DNA of 63,867 nt, the filler included, from Collodictyon triciliatum (taxonomy: Eukaryota): assembly GCA_043381765.1 (NCBI GenBank). It is 5 parts of 4 records of this genome, joined end to end, with 100 filler letters (N's around TTAATTAATTAA, not from the genome) between each part and the next. Parts side by side here need not be neighbours in the genome. Positions count along the whole stretch, not along the records: positions 58,966 to 63,867 come from JBHJMP010000503.1; 4 more parts are not named here. One strand, 5' to 3'. Every line of letters begins with the position of its first letter. Position 1 is the first letter of the stretch. The translations under genes and the position numbers were made by a program. Below, piece by piece: positions 63,704 to 63,867 of the stretch. Under the pieces are notes generated by a model. That model was not told where the DNA came from and searched no databases. It saw only the letters and a list, made by a program, of their open reading frames with translations.

Positions 63704-63867
63704 CGACTCATTTTCTCTGGTTTGTAGGGATTCGGACTGGTGATTTTATATCGAAAAAGCTTGGAGTACGCCATGGCCATCGAGAATTGCGGAGAATCAG
63801 GCGTAATGGACCGCCTTTGGTTCTTCAGGCGAAAGAAAAGAATGGCGACGGTGCTCCGTATGAGATG

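Overview
AT-rich, intron-dense, microsatellite-rich draft genome of a eukaryote. The gene content (an axonemal AXDND1-like gene, mitochondrial Tim15/DNLZ, a peroxisomal -SKL enzyme) suggests a flagellated protist or fungus-like organism. The window is not one locus. Four artificial spacers (44 N + TTAATTAATTAA + 44 N) join five unrelated scaffolds: 1-18334, 18435-31470, 31571-43583, 43684-58865 and 58966-63867. By manual splicing I reconstruct about 14 genes: the 5' end of a secreted hypothetical; a ~45-intron ADCY10/sGC-type soluble cyclase with a STAND NTPase; an LRR protein with a myristoylation motif and one repeat per exon; a peroxisomal long-chain acyl-CoA synthetase; two tandem intronless ZIP transporters; partial DNLZ; a GT8-like/GT64 fusion; a coiled-coil protein; a casein kinase 1 with a myristoylation motif; partial SEC62; a large IPT/TIG-REJ-GPS-like single-pass surface protein; ARFRP1; AXDND1-like; and an EF-hand protein. 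I recognised no RNA genes, CRISPR arrays or transposons. The most notable signals are very degenerate splice sites, symmetric 69-nt LRR exons, specificity changes in the cyclase and ZIPs, and the GT8-GT64 and TIG-REJ-GPS architectures. All gene models come from reading the sequence by hand and have no transcript or database support.
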